Below, piece by piece: positions 52,800 to 64,000 of a stretch of 64,000 nt of DNA; within the stretch, counting starts at the first letter, position 1; every line of letters starts with the position of its first letter. The stretch covers positions 16,172,213 to 16,236,212 of the forward strand of contig OZ234493.1 in NCBI GenBank assembly GCA_965153455.1, read 5' to 3'. A program made the position numbers and the translations under genes. Origin of the DNA: Sphagnum compactum. Taxonomy: Eukaryota. The notes under the pieces were generated by a model. The model had not been told where the DNA came from. It searched no databases and worked only from the letters and a program-made list of their open reading frames with translations.

Positions 52800-53421
52800 T
52801 CAAAAACCAATACCTCATATTAACTAATGCTATAAACGTTGAATAATCCATAGTTTTATTTTCATACAAGACAACTTACAAGGTGGTAATAGGATATACA
52901 CCTTATTAGTTAGTCTATGTTCTACATCCTTTAATGCCAACAAAATATGTTATACCGACTATTAATGGAAACCATAGAGATGCTGAACCCACCAGAATAT
53001 TAATTGCTATAATTACAGAGCTGGAAAATTTACAAGGAAACATATTGGAGACTTAGTACAATGTTGGAGTAAACTGTGGAACAAATTTCTGTGGAGTCAA
53101 CAAAAACACACAAAGAATAAGTTTCAATTTGGAGATTATGTTCTGCGGTTTCCCAAAGGAAAAAAAACACACTTGGGCAAATTCAAGAAAAGATGGTTTG
53201 GCCTATTCAAGGTGCAATATTGCTTACCCAATAACAATGTTCTTATTGTTTATGTTAACAATTTTGAACCAAACCCAATATTGGTTAATATTAACAAGTT
53301 GAAACCATACATAAATGTGGATCAAACATTGAAAAGGATTCAAAGTTCAGAGAATAAAAAATCCTTAGAGTCTATATATTTTGACCACAAAAGAAAGAAA
53401 TTTGATAAAGATTCAGAATGA
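52800..53421 (+). mobile_element. Decayed Ty3/Gypsy LTR-retrotransposon integrase C-terminus
   Basis: Fragments YKTTYKVVIGYTPY, KFQFGDYVL and GKFKKRWFGLFKV...VNINKLKPY correspond to the integrase core end and the 'KL..rW.GP..V...vn..rLKpY' tail. Frameshifts and stops are present. Confidence 0.75.
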
Positions 53422-56400
53422 GATAACATCAGAGATCATTGAGATTTATTAAAATGTCACGTCAAAAGAAGCTTTAGTGAATATGATGAGTCCACAAGTT
53501 ATGATACTACATAGACACCTTGATAACACATTTATACAACTAATAGACTATAAGTAAGATATGTCTCTAATATCATAACAAAATTTTGTTGATTTGATGA
53601 CTCAACACATGATTAAATAAATATATAGTGTAAATAATACCAAGTCATCATATTTAGAGGTGTCATTAGAACATTTCAATGCCATATCTATAGAATTATT
53701 AGGTCAGCAAACATTAATTATAGCCCATATTGTTGTTAGTATGAACTCAAACAAAAGTTGATAAGTGTAAAAAAACTAGAAAAAGGGACAAATCATTAAG
53801 GCATTAACCTTGAAGCGAAAAATGAAATGTCATAACATGAAAAAATATGATGGCATTTCAACAACCACAAAGAATGGAGAGCCTTTTCATTTTCATTTTT
53901 TGCAAACAAGTTTTTGCCATTTTCTATTTCCGGAATGAACACAGAAGAAAACTTTGTTGAGAAGTTACAAAGATAATCTAAAAAAAGACTACAAAATTGA
54001 GAGAAGAAAAATAAGAGAGATAAAGATAACAACATAATTTTCCAACATTTTGCCTTTGCAATCTAAAACTCCAGAAAGAGGTTCACCATTTCCATTTCAT
54101 GTTTACTCTTATTCTTCTTCTCAAAGATCTTTTCCAATGTCTAAGTTTGAAAGAGCTTTTGAAGAAATTATAAAGAATGACAAAGATTGGAAAGAAATTT
54201 TGGGGAAGTATAATTTTTAAAAGCCTAGAAGAGAGGCAAACACAAGTGAGCAAGTTGGTCCGATTTCCATTTGTGATTCTGAAGAGGAGAGGGAGCGCAA
54301 CGACTTGTAACAACACCAAGAAGAACCATCACAACAAGAGGAACCTATACATGAGCAAACTCTAGAGAAGGTTCAAATTCCAAACAAAAAATGTAGTAAG
54401 AGAAAAATTCAGCAAGTAATGGTTGCCAATCTATGAAGGAAAAAGGTTCAAACTCAACATGATGATGAGGTTAGGTATATTTTTACTCCTACATAACAAA
54501 GTTATAATAACAATTTGAAGAACATTTAGCTTTGGACAAGTTCTAGAAAGGATGAGAGAAAATGGGTAAACAAAGCCGGTTTGGTAGGTCTATTTGAGGT
54601 TGAATGGAAAATTCCCTGTCATAACATTCTGGTTGAATTTTTGAATAACTGGAATTTGGATTGTGAGCATAAAAAAATCAAAGTTATGATGGCAGAAGAG
54701 CATAATATTAAAGCTAAACATTTGTGGTAAAAGTTTAAAAAATTTCCATACATGTGAAATAGAAGCAGATTAGACAGAAATGTCAAATGCCAGAGTAGTT
54801 CTAGCAAACATAGCTGATAGGGTTCCATATACTTATAGCACCAATGAAGGATGGGTTGTGAAGAAAATGAAACTAGAATATGTCGATAGGATTGTTGCAA
54901 TTTTGCCCATTATCTACTAGAAAGATAAGGTGCAATATTTTAACAACAAATCTACCATGATGATCCAATTAATTGCTTATGTGAAAAGGTCCAAAAACAC
55001 ATGAAGTTTCAAAGTCACTTTAAAACCAAAGTCTCAAATCTTTGTATCATCTAGGAAGCAAAATTTCAAACAATGAATTTCAAATTGCAAACCTTGTTTC
55101 AAAGAGCACCTTGGAAGTCCTTGGGTAGCAATAGAGTGGTGGTAAAACACATTATGATGCTTCACAATGTTTAAGGCATGCCATTCAAGGGACTAACCCA
55201 CAACTTTATGCCACACACGGTTTACTTGACGAAGCCGCCACATCATAGATGGGTCCAAGGGCAATTTTGGGACGATATGTTCAATCACGAATGCATTTGT
55301 TAAAAGAGGCAATAAATGTTTTGGGAATTCTCTAGTTTTTCATGGCTATGGGACCATTTTGAAGGTTTAGGGTTCGGAATATAAGGCACTATTTCTAGAG
55401 TTTGTGGAGATGAGAAAAGGTCTTCAATTTTTGGAGACAAGACAAGGTGTTTTGTTTCGAATCTTGGAGGTTCAAAATTGGTTTGCTTCAATGATTCTTT
55501 CAGTTAGCCACCAATTATGGTTTGGAAAAAATTGCAACCTTTGCGGCAACAAGGGAAGAATGACCATAGCAATAGGAAAAATGCTTGCCAAAAAAAAAGG
55601 TTATGAACAAAACAATAAATAAAAATTCATCTTCTTCTATACCTTGAGTTACTAAAGCCATCTTGGTGTAATGTTGGGCTAAACCTCACCTTAAAAGATG
55701 TTGCTGCAAGTTTTCCTTGTTGATGTTGAACTTGGGATGAGACAATACTCCTCATAACTCCTTCAACTTCTTGTAAGCATAGATGTAGGATGTTGAAACA
55801 TGGGAAGTTATAGAGGCACAACAGGAGACTATTAGAACTTCTAGAGCTATGCAAGCCAACACCAACGAAGTTCCTACAAGTGTAGACATAGGGTGCCGAA
55901 ACATGGGAGGTTGTAGGGCAATGTAAGGTAAGAGACTATTAGAACTTATAAAGTTATGCAAGCCAAAACCATCACAAGCGTAGAGGTAAACATGCAATGA
56001 AAAATGAAGGTGCAAACATAGAGGTAAGAATGTGACAAAATGTAGGCTTTTCCGAGCAATGTGCAGGTAGGAAACTTGGCATGAAACTTAGTTCATGTTG
56101 AATCTTACACGAAATCTGAGTTTCAAGGCCCATTGGGCTCGTGTGTAATTTTTTGGTACCGTTTTTTTTGAAATTATGTCTTGGAAATGGGCCAAACACG
56201 GGCTTTTGGTGCCATGTTTAACCGACTTACAAATAACTTTATTGTGTTTTTTTTTGCGTGTGTGTGAAATTTGTGGATATTTAATCTGTTCTTACAAGTT
56301 TGCAAGTAAAATCCTATGGTTTTAGAAATCATTGCAATTTAGGGCATTAATTATTTTATGTGACAATCACCAAACATCATTGAGGATTATTAGCTGTGTG

Positions 56401-56479
56401 CCTTTGTTTTTAACTTGGGGTTTTAAAAAAGTCATTATTAATATTAATTCTCTGGTTATGAATGTTTGTGTGCTTGACC

Positions 56480-57627
56480 AATCATGTGGGCATTAGTTAC
56501 TTTTTGATGCCTTCCATGCAACAATTACCATGATAGCCTTGAAACTAAAAGAAGAATTTGGAGTGACACCTTCTACGGTAAATTTGATGAAAGACTATAT
56601 GGTTGTGGCTTTAGAATTGTTTATTTTTCCTTCTAATGTTAAAAAAACAATTATGTGATCTTTTAGATGATTTTCTTTCATTCCTAATGAAATATGAAGA
56701 GAAAAATACCCATGACATGCTATCTTTAATGTTAGACCCAAGATTTAAAAATCTTAAGTTGGTTTCATCTTTTATTAGTTGAAAACAAGTTGTTTATATA
56801 GTGGAAGATTATGATAATTTTTTTTTGTTTCCAATGCTATTAAAATGACACCATGCATTTCACCCTTTCACCCTTTGTTGGAATTTGAAATTATGGCATA
56901 TCAATTAATTCTTGTTTTGATATTTTTGAGATCATTGTTAGGACTAGTGAGTTAGCCAAGGAGTTGATGAATAGGGATTTGTAGATGTTCCAAAGGTAAC
57001 ATGTTGATGCAAAGAATATTAAATGTCGTTCGAAATGGTGGGGAAAACATGAGTCCTTGTTTTTGAATTGCTTGTTTTCCTTGGCCATTAGATCCTTGGG
57101 ATTATGGGATGTTAAATTGAAATGAAAGGATTTTTTTCCTAGTTGGGATATTGACGAACTTGAAGAGTTGCAAGTTTAGTTAAATAATTTTGATAAATAT
57201 TTTTATAAGCAAGAATTGGTCAAATGATCTTTAAGGCAGGTTGTTTCTTTTGCCTTTTAACTTGAAATAGTTGATTGAAGTTGATGTTGCTTTAGAGGAA
57301 GAGCTAAAAGAATATGAAGATGAGTTTGAGTGAGATGAGCTTGTGGACATGTAATTTGTAATTTATAATTTAATAATAAAATGCTTGAACATTGTTATCT
57401 AAGCTGTGTAAATCACCTTGAATATTCGACATATATTGTTTTCTAAGATAGTTGGAAGTGTGAGATGCAGATTTTGATTTTAAAATAAATAAATTGATAT
57501 ACTTAACAAATATTACAACTGAAAAAATTAAAAATTAATTTAAGATCCGACCCAGTTCTTGAAAAGAAATTAAAAAACCGGAACTGATGGATATTAAAAA
57601 AAAAATAATGATATCTGCCCAACACTG
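56480..57627 (+). mobile_element. Decayed hAT transposase C-terminus with candidate right terminal inverted repeat
   Basis: MLSLMLDPRFKNLKLVSSFI and KWWGKHESLF...GILTNL (hAT dimerisation domain), frameshifted. CTGCCCAACACTG at 57615-57627 is the reverse complement of CAGTGTTGGGCAG at 22962-22974, a CAG-type hAT terminus. Confidence 0.7.
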
Positions 57628-58059
57628 GAAAAAACCACTCCAATCTTGAATTCAAATAGATCTACAATTGATGCATAGAATTGTAAACTGGACATATGAG
57701 GTAAAATTCTGAGGAAGTAAAACTGAAGCAACTCAGTTCGCTAAGAACCTGGATTTACTGTGATTTTAGTTTTAAGAAACTTTACTTTAATACTTTTATT
57801 ACTGTCACGGCCAAGGAAGGAATGATGGGTAAAGAACACAATAGTTACCTACGTAGGGAATTGGCTATTTAAATTTTTTTTACTTATGGGACTCACCAGC
57901 TTGTAATAAATGGCAACCGGCCACACACCCACCAAGGCGAAACCGTCACTTCAGGGGGCCGGGCGTTACAATCTTGCACTAACGGCCCCCCCCCCCCCGC
58001 CCCCACTACCTGTCTGTCCTACGGGACGGCCGAATTTCTCGCCAAGCGTGTCGCTAAAC

Positions 58060-58620
58060 CCAAGTTCTCAAGCGTTTCCGTGTCAGTCAGTAAGCGTAAA
58101 CACGTTCACATGTTCACAACAGCCTTCCGAGTCCACATGAACAACTGAAGCAAAGTACAGAGGTAGAATGTTCCCATGTGTTCCCTGTGTCAGTACATTA
58201 AATACGTTCACACCCCCACGCCTGCCATAAAATAACTGAAAAGCCAAGTACAAAACGCAAGCTCGTTCCCATTAATTTATTCCCGTGTCAGTATTATATT
58301 ATCACGTTCACACACGTTCACACCTGCACGTATCTATTACCCAAAAAAAAAAGAAAACATAACTGAAGCAAAAAAAAGTACGGGCGTTCTCACTTGTTCA
58401 CAAAATCAGGATTTATAATGAACCCTTTCACACCGGCGCCCGCCCGCCCACCCGCCCGCCCGCCCGCCCGCTTAAGTAATAACTGAACCTAAAAGTACAA
58501 AGACCCAAAGGCTGTTATTTTTGGGCCAGAGACCAAACTTAGTAATCAGTAACTGAAGCCAAAGTGCAAAGGGCCGGAAGGCTGTTATTTTTGGGCCAGA
58601 GACCAAGGCCAAAAGTTTAG
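58060..58620. repeat. Degenerate tandem repeats (AACTGAAGC..AAAGTAC / GTGTCAGT..ACGTTCACA modules, a (CCCG)n run, and a duplicated AAGGCTGTTATTTTTGGGCCAGAGACCAA)
   Basis: AACTGAA recurs at about 58143, 58234, 58361, 58481 and 58551. GTGTCAGT..ACGTTCACA occurs three times. Confidence 0.7.
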
Positions 58621-60789
58621 CGCAACCAAACCCAACCAAAATCTGAAAATAGGTAAGGAACAAAGTACATAGAACCTACTACTCCCTTACTTACTAGTCA
58701 GTCAACGTACAATTGGAGCTCTGTCATTGGTCGGCGATTCCGTCCGGCCAATCAGCCGTAAGATCCATGATCCCCCACAAGACGGCCACACGCTCAGTTA
58801 ATGCAGCACCGTTACCCTACACACCGAGTACTGATTATTATTATTATTATTATTATGAATTAAAAGAAATTATTAACTAAGTTGTGTTCAAATTGATTGG
58901 AGAAAAAACAAAAAATTCTTTTTTACCAAATTGGGTAGTAAAGTATCATAATAACTCACTAATAAGGATGAAGTTATTTATTAGGGCTTTATTTTAATAA
59001 TATTTTTTTTATTAGGTGTGCCAGGGGAAGGAACTTTGGTTGATTGCAAACACAACAATTATTCAAAAAGATTTCTCTAATAATTTAGTTATCTCATGAT
59101 CACTTACTTACATACCAAGTAGGGTGGTCCAATAAGAGTGGAGTTATTTATTGGGTTGGTTTTATTTTATAATTTATTAGATTGTTTTGGGGGGGGGGAG
59201 GGGGGTTGGAACAGTTAGTAGAGAGATTTGTAGGCGGGGGCAAAATCAAATCTTTGATTTCGTATCATTAAGAGGAAGTGCGTTTATTGTTGGGAATAGT
59301 TGTTTAAGTGATATTTTTAAATAATAAATTTAAAATTGTTTCTGTTTGTGGCAGCTGTTTTCTGGTCTGGGTGTCTCCTAGACTCTAGTCAATGTTTTTA
59401 TTTTAAAACTTTATATTTCCTGTTCCTGCAAAGATTTTGCTGTCTGGCAGTCAATTGCCTAATGTGTTTTCCACTACTTTCGTCCTAGATTGGGGGGGGG
59501 GGGGGGGGGGAGGTTATGTGACAAAAGTGAGAGGCAGAAAATTTTGTGGAGAAGAACGACAAGGTCAAGATTAAGTTCAAAATGATCTAGGGCTAAATTA
59601 AAACTAATTCTCCAGTGAGTTTAGGGTCTCCTTCCATTCCCTTGTTGGCATGATCTTATACCGTAATGACATTGTCATTTAAGAGGTAATGGAGAGTGAC
59701 TGAAAAGTGAGTAAGATCTTTGCTATAAGGAACATTGAAAAGTGTAATTGTTTTGGAAATGTGTATGTTATTAATGTTGGGGCTCTCTTATTATTTCATT
59801 AAAATAATGATACATGTTAATGCATAGCAAGTCAAGTCATAGTTTGATTCATAACTTTCATAGCTTTGTATTTCAACCAATGGTTGACTTATTTATAATG
59901 TTGCGAGGTGATTGTGATCAGAATTTGGAAGGCAAATTATAATGAAAAATAGTTTCTCTGGCAAAATCTGTAAGTGTAGATCCCTAATGGGAAGATGTCA
60001 TTACAATGTTGAAAAGAAAAAAGTAATTGGTGAGAGGTCCACAAGCCGGGGTAGCTGAGAGGTAATGAGAGCATTGCTACATGTATTTTTATAGAGGCTA
60101 AGATTGCAAGCCCAGCCCCTACCCCTCATGGAATGCATTGGTTTGGTGTGGATTTTATGGCATTGCAAGCATTGGGTATTTTGCCATGTGCTTTGGTGAG
60201 GATAGTCCAAAAAGGAGAAAGAAAACTTGAATTGAGGTCAATTGGGTTTCTTCCAGGTTTTAGGGTTTAATTCAATTTTTAGTGGAGCACCATAAATAAG
60301 CTCGATTGGGTTGTTTTGAATCATCATATCAAGTTTCACATGACTAAACATTGAATGATATAATCAATTGTTGGTTGGTTATCTTTCTCTGTTTAGTGAT
60401 ACTTGTCCATTGGGTTTGTTGTGGGATTAGACAATGTTTGTAAGACCTAGAGGTGTCATTAGGGCAAGGAGCCACCATTTCAATCTTGAATTCAGCAATG
60501 CAGGAAGGAAAGGGAGCTTGGCAGTCACTGTAACTTCCCCTTCCAAAACATTATTATGCATTCTTGTCAGGGTAGGCTTTTTGTTGGTAGTGATATCAAA
60601 CCAACCTGGCTAAGAATCATAGCCAGGACTCTCTGGAGCATGAGGGAAGATCACCCCACCACATGGGAGGGGTGTGGGTTTCCCAAGAGAATCAGCAGAT
60701 GCCTCCACAACAAACCAAGTTAGCAGTTGTTTTTCAGTTTTTCTTTTGGGTTTTGTGGTCTTTTTGGTTGAGAAGACACTTATTAACTA

Positions 60790-60920
60790 AATGAAGGAAA
60801 AACATCCAGCAAGGGAACAAGAGAAGAAAAAAGAAAGGACCCAAGTCCAAACAAAAGACCACATCCAAAAGTGCAGAACCCACAATGGGGAGCCTTAAGA
60901 GGAGAAAACAAGAAACCCAC
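60790..60920 (-). repeat. Single inverted copy of the 127-bp unit amplified at 4491-4965
   Basis: Its reverse complement reads CTCCTCTTAAGGCTCCCCATTGTGGGTT..TTTGGACTTGGGTCCTTTCTTTTTTCTTCTCTTGTTCC, matching the last unit and flank of the 4.5-kb array. Confidence 0.75.
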
Positions 60921-61411
60921 TTATTCCATTGACATAAAGCAACCACAAAAGATTTCTAGTGTGTCCAGAGGACACCTCCACACTGGGGTGGGCAAAATGT
61001 TCCACCAATTTTTTTTTTCTTTTCTTTCAGTATGGGGGTATCACGGGAAATATAATTATAAAAAGTTTGGTGTGTTTTATGTTGGGTAACACCCTCAGAG
61101 TGAGGCATTCATTCTGCAAATAAATGGCCCCTTGACTCCACATCAGGTTTCTGGAACACCGTCTTCCCTTCTCTAAAGAACTGGAGTCTTGGACTAGAGA
61201 GGTCATATCTAACATAGTGCAACTGCTGGTTTTTATTTCAGATCTGTTTTGTTTGTTCCATCTAAAAATACAACTTTTGGTACCATATGTTTCCTAACTT
61301 GAAATGCATAACAAGGGTTTCAGAGCCTAAAAGCTCTGAAACTAACTCACTTGCATTCACTTGTATTCAAAGCTCATTAGTTTTTAATAGGGTAGTGACA
61401 ATACAATTGTC

Positions 61412-61443
<32 letters not shown>

Positions 61444-62059
61444 TTGTACATTCCTGATTCAGAATGGTGTACTTTAGAATGTGCTTTGTATCAGAGCCAA
61501 CTTAACATGTTGGGGTTGGTGTAAGTAAGTATCGTGAAGTAGCAGATACGGACTGAGTGTGGAATTCAAGAGTGTCAGTCCTCATGACTCTTCATACTCC
61601 TTTACAACTCATCAACTCATTTTACTTACTCTGAACAAACCAAAGACTAATTTTTTATTATATTGAAGTGTAGGGTAAATTGCAGGGTAACAGCTAAGGA
61701 GCAGAAACGTTCCCAAAATAGCCCCCAGCTCCTTGCAAGCCCAATTTTGGTAATGCTTTCTTGCCCGTGAGAGAATTGAAAGAAGGGGAAAAGCGAGAGT
61801 TTTTATGAATACAGAACACTTGCTCCTGAAGTAGAGGAATGATTGTGCACTATAATGTGCCTTCCAATTAGGGTGGTCTGGGTGTTCACTTATTGGCTAC
61901 TGATTGGTGATGGGTGGTTCTACCTTCCTAAAATTCTAAAGGGTTCACAAAACAAGTTTGATTGTTTTTCACCTTTTCTCAAACACTTTCTTTTTTAACA
62001 ACTTTTCCTAAGCTTGAAAGTTTTTTGCACATTGAAAAATTAAACATTAACCTTGCCTG

Positions 62060-62292
62060 CTGTCCCCCAGGGAAACCCAGTCTGGTCACCCTGCTGCCAG
62101 GAATGGGCAGCCCTAAATGGAACCAAAAAAAACTCAAAACCAATGGTAGAAAAAGTAAATTTTTTATTACCTTGTCTGCTGTCTGCACTCTGTACGTCTG
62201 TCTATCCCCCAGAGAAACCCCTTAGCCTGGTCACCCTGCTGCCAGAAAAGGGCAGAGTTAGCGAAACCAACAAAAAAAACTGAATACCAAAA
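62060..62292 (+). repeat. Direct duplication (about 143-bp period) upstream of the ACR gene
   Basis: CCCCCAG.GAAACCC..CTGGTCACCCTGCTGCCAG.AA.GGGCAG...AACCAA..AAAAAACT occurs at about 62064 and 62206. Confidence 0.75.
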
Positions 62293-62446
62293 GACGGGCA
62301 GGAGGAACAAAAAAATGAAGAAAGGGGGAGTTAGGGGGATTGTGATGTGGGAACGGGGTCCGGGGAGCGGAGATGCACGGGGGAACTGGAGAACGTATCC
62401 ACGATGGGGGCAGAAAGCCCGTGCCCGCCACTCGCCTCCCGCCGCC

Positions 62447-62453
62447 TATATTT
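62447..62453 (+). promoter_or_regulatory. Candidate TATA box of the ACR gene
   Basis: CCTATATTT follows a GC-rich stretch and precedes a pyrimidine-rich leader, which has a CAG|GTAG donor near 62861. Confidence 0.4.
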
Positions 62454-62974
62454 CATCCTTTACCACAAAGGCCACAGAGCTGCAAAGTCGCCAAGCTGCT
62501 GAGATTTCCTCTTCCTTTTTCTATCATTTGCTGCTGCTCCTTCTGTTGTTGTTTGTTGTGTCGTGCTCCAGTGCTGCTGTTGCTGCCTGCAGTCCATGAT
62601 CGTTTGTCGTCAGCTACTGCTCCTGTTCCTTGTTGCAGATCCTTTGCACAACACCCATTTGTTGTAAAAGAAGCAGCTCTCTGCTTTGTGTGCGGAAAAC
62701 TCGCTGGAGAAAATAAGTCGACAGCAGTCTTTTCTTCTGTCGTGGTCTCGCCTCTTCTTCTTCTTCTTCTTCTTCTTGTGTTATATACTGTTGTAGTAGG
62801 TTGTCCGCTCTCATTTTCCCTCCTGCATCTGTTTTCCCCCCACCCCCTTTTGTTTAGCAGGTAGCTCCAAAAGTGTCTGCATTGTGCACATACGCCGTCG
62901 TCGTACTTGTTGCAATTTGCAAGCACGGTTTGGAGTTTAGTGAATCTGAGAGCAGTCGTGGTTGGTCTTGTTCT

Positions 62975-62989
62975 GAGAGAGAGAGAGAG

Positions 62990-63047
<58 letters not shown>
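62975..63047. repeat. (GA)n microsatellite in the ACR 5' leader or intron
   Basis: About 36 GA units with one interruption. Confidence 0.95.
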
Positions 63048-63049
<2 letters not shown>

Positions 63050-63278
63050 TAATTCTTTATAACGGGGCAATGCATGGTTTTCTAAAGGATTCTGCATGGT
63101 TCACGCGGACTTGAGTTCTTCGTGTTGAGGATGTATATTCTGCTGGATACTGCGTTGAAGAGCTGGCAATCACTAAGAGCTCCACGACCTGCTAAGGTGT
63201 CCTTTCTAGGTATCTAGAGACCCTGAGACAAAGTTCTTTTTCTGGAGGAATCATCCTGTTGGATCTACCCAGAACTCC

Positions 63279-63972
63279 ATGGCGGCTCCTGGCATTGCAT
63301 CTGGAAGCTGGCCCTACTTTGATCCTGACTATGAAACCAGCGGGCCTCGCTTCAATCCTCCTAGGTATGACATTCCTGCAACCCACCGCCGGTAGCATGG
63401 TGATAACATCATTCAAGCTCTTCTTTCTCATGGGTTGCTTGTGCTTGTGGTGCAGAGTCGTAGTTGACAACGATGCATTCGAGGATGTTACAGTCGTGAA
63501 GGTACTAGGTTTCCTCTTCTTCTTGTTCCTTGAAGCTGATGCTGGTGTTCCTAGCTAGGACAATGCTGCTGCCTTGTACTGTGAAGTCGCTGGATCTTAC
63601 TACGAGCATCATCATCTGACTGCTGTTGCCGCTGGAAATGTGACAAAACAGTTCCACAGCGCTAACAGACACAGAATTCTTCTCAGCGTTGTACAAGTTC
63701 TCACTGATCTCGAGTTGGCCATATCCAAAGCTTATATCTCTTCCGATGGCGGATGGTTTATGGATGGTATGTATGCTGCTCCACATGGAATCTTTTCTCT
63801 CAGCAAATCGTGAGGCTAAATCCTTCCTTGCGTCTGCAAATCTTCGACACATTCTTCCTCTTGATTCTCGATTTGTCACTGATTGTGCCTTTTTCTTGGC
63901 GCAGTGTTCCATGTGACAGACTTGTTCGGGAAGAAGGTCTCCGAGGACAGAATCATGAACTACATTCAGCAG
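63279..63972 (+). CDS. ACR: ACT domain repeat (ACR) protein, first four coding exons; partial, continues beyond the window
   Basis: Exons 63279-63364, 63456-63501, 63652-63766 and 63905-63972 have GT-AG introns and join in frame: MAAPGIASGSWPYFDPDYETSGPRFNPPRVVVDNDAFEDVTVVKFHSANRHRILLSVVQVLTDLELAISKAYISSDGGWFMDVFHVTDLFGKKVSEDRIMNYIQQ. The signatures PYFDPxY, NPPRV and KAYISSDGGWFMDVFHVTD are typical of plant ACRs. Confidence 0.92.
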
Positions 63973-64000
63973 GTCCGCGAAGACACCAGAAGCAGCAATT

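Noticed and set aside
22962..57627. One giant hAT element bounded by CAGTGTTGGGCAG inverted repeats
   Set aside because: No 8-bp TSD, a 35-kb span and a host gene inside; more likely ends of separate family members.
62315..63097. Long ORFs 62373-62864 (+) and 62453-63097 (-)
   Set aside because: They run through (CTT)n and (GA)n microsatellites in the ACR leader, are low-complexity and carry no domain.

Overview
Eukaryotic plant genomic DNA: spliceosomal GT-AG introns, TTTAGGG telomere-type motifs and a PPR fragment. The repeat style looks bryophyte/peat-moss-like, but that is inference. I can support four protein-coding genes. (1) An 8-exon lipid-A-disaccharide synthase (LpxB) at 7056-10351 (+). 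(2) A convergent 2-exon gene at 13369-14434 (-) encoding a signal peptide, a 10-Cys nsLTP/8CM-like domain, a transmembrane helix and a short cytosolic tail. (3) A twin-CX9C CHCH protein (CHCHD2/10, Mix17, At12Cys-like) with an intronless CDS at 47483-47923 (-). (4) The first four coding exons of an ACT-domain-repeat (ACR) protein from 63279 (+), which runs off the window. The rest is AT-rich intergenic DNA full of decayed transposons: two hAT relics, pogo/DDE_1, CACTA DUF4216, a Gypsy integrase, a Tourist-like MITE and three short Helitron-like elements, two of them fused head-to-tail. It also holds tandem repeats and microsatellites. No rRNA, tRNA or CRISPR was found. I cannot demonstrate a new biological system. 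The best leads are the receptor-like LTP-transmembrane gene, whose C-terminal codons are tandemly reiterated as micro-ORFs and which may overlap LpxB in antisense, the Helitron concatemer junction, and a candidate spliced non-coding transcript at about 43.6-45.8 kb.
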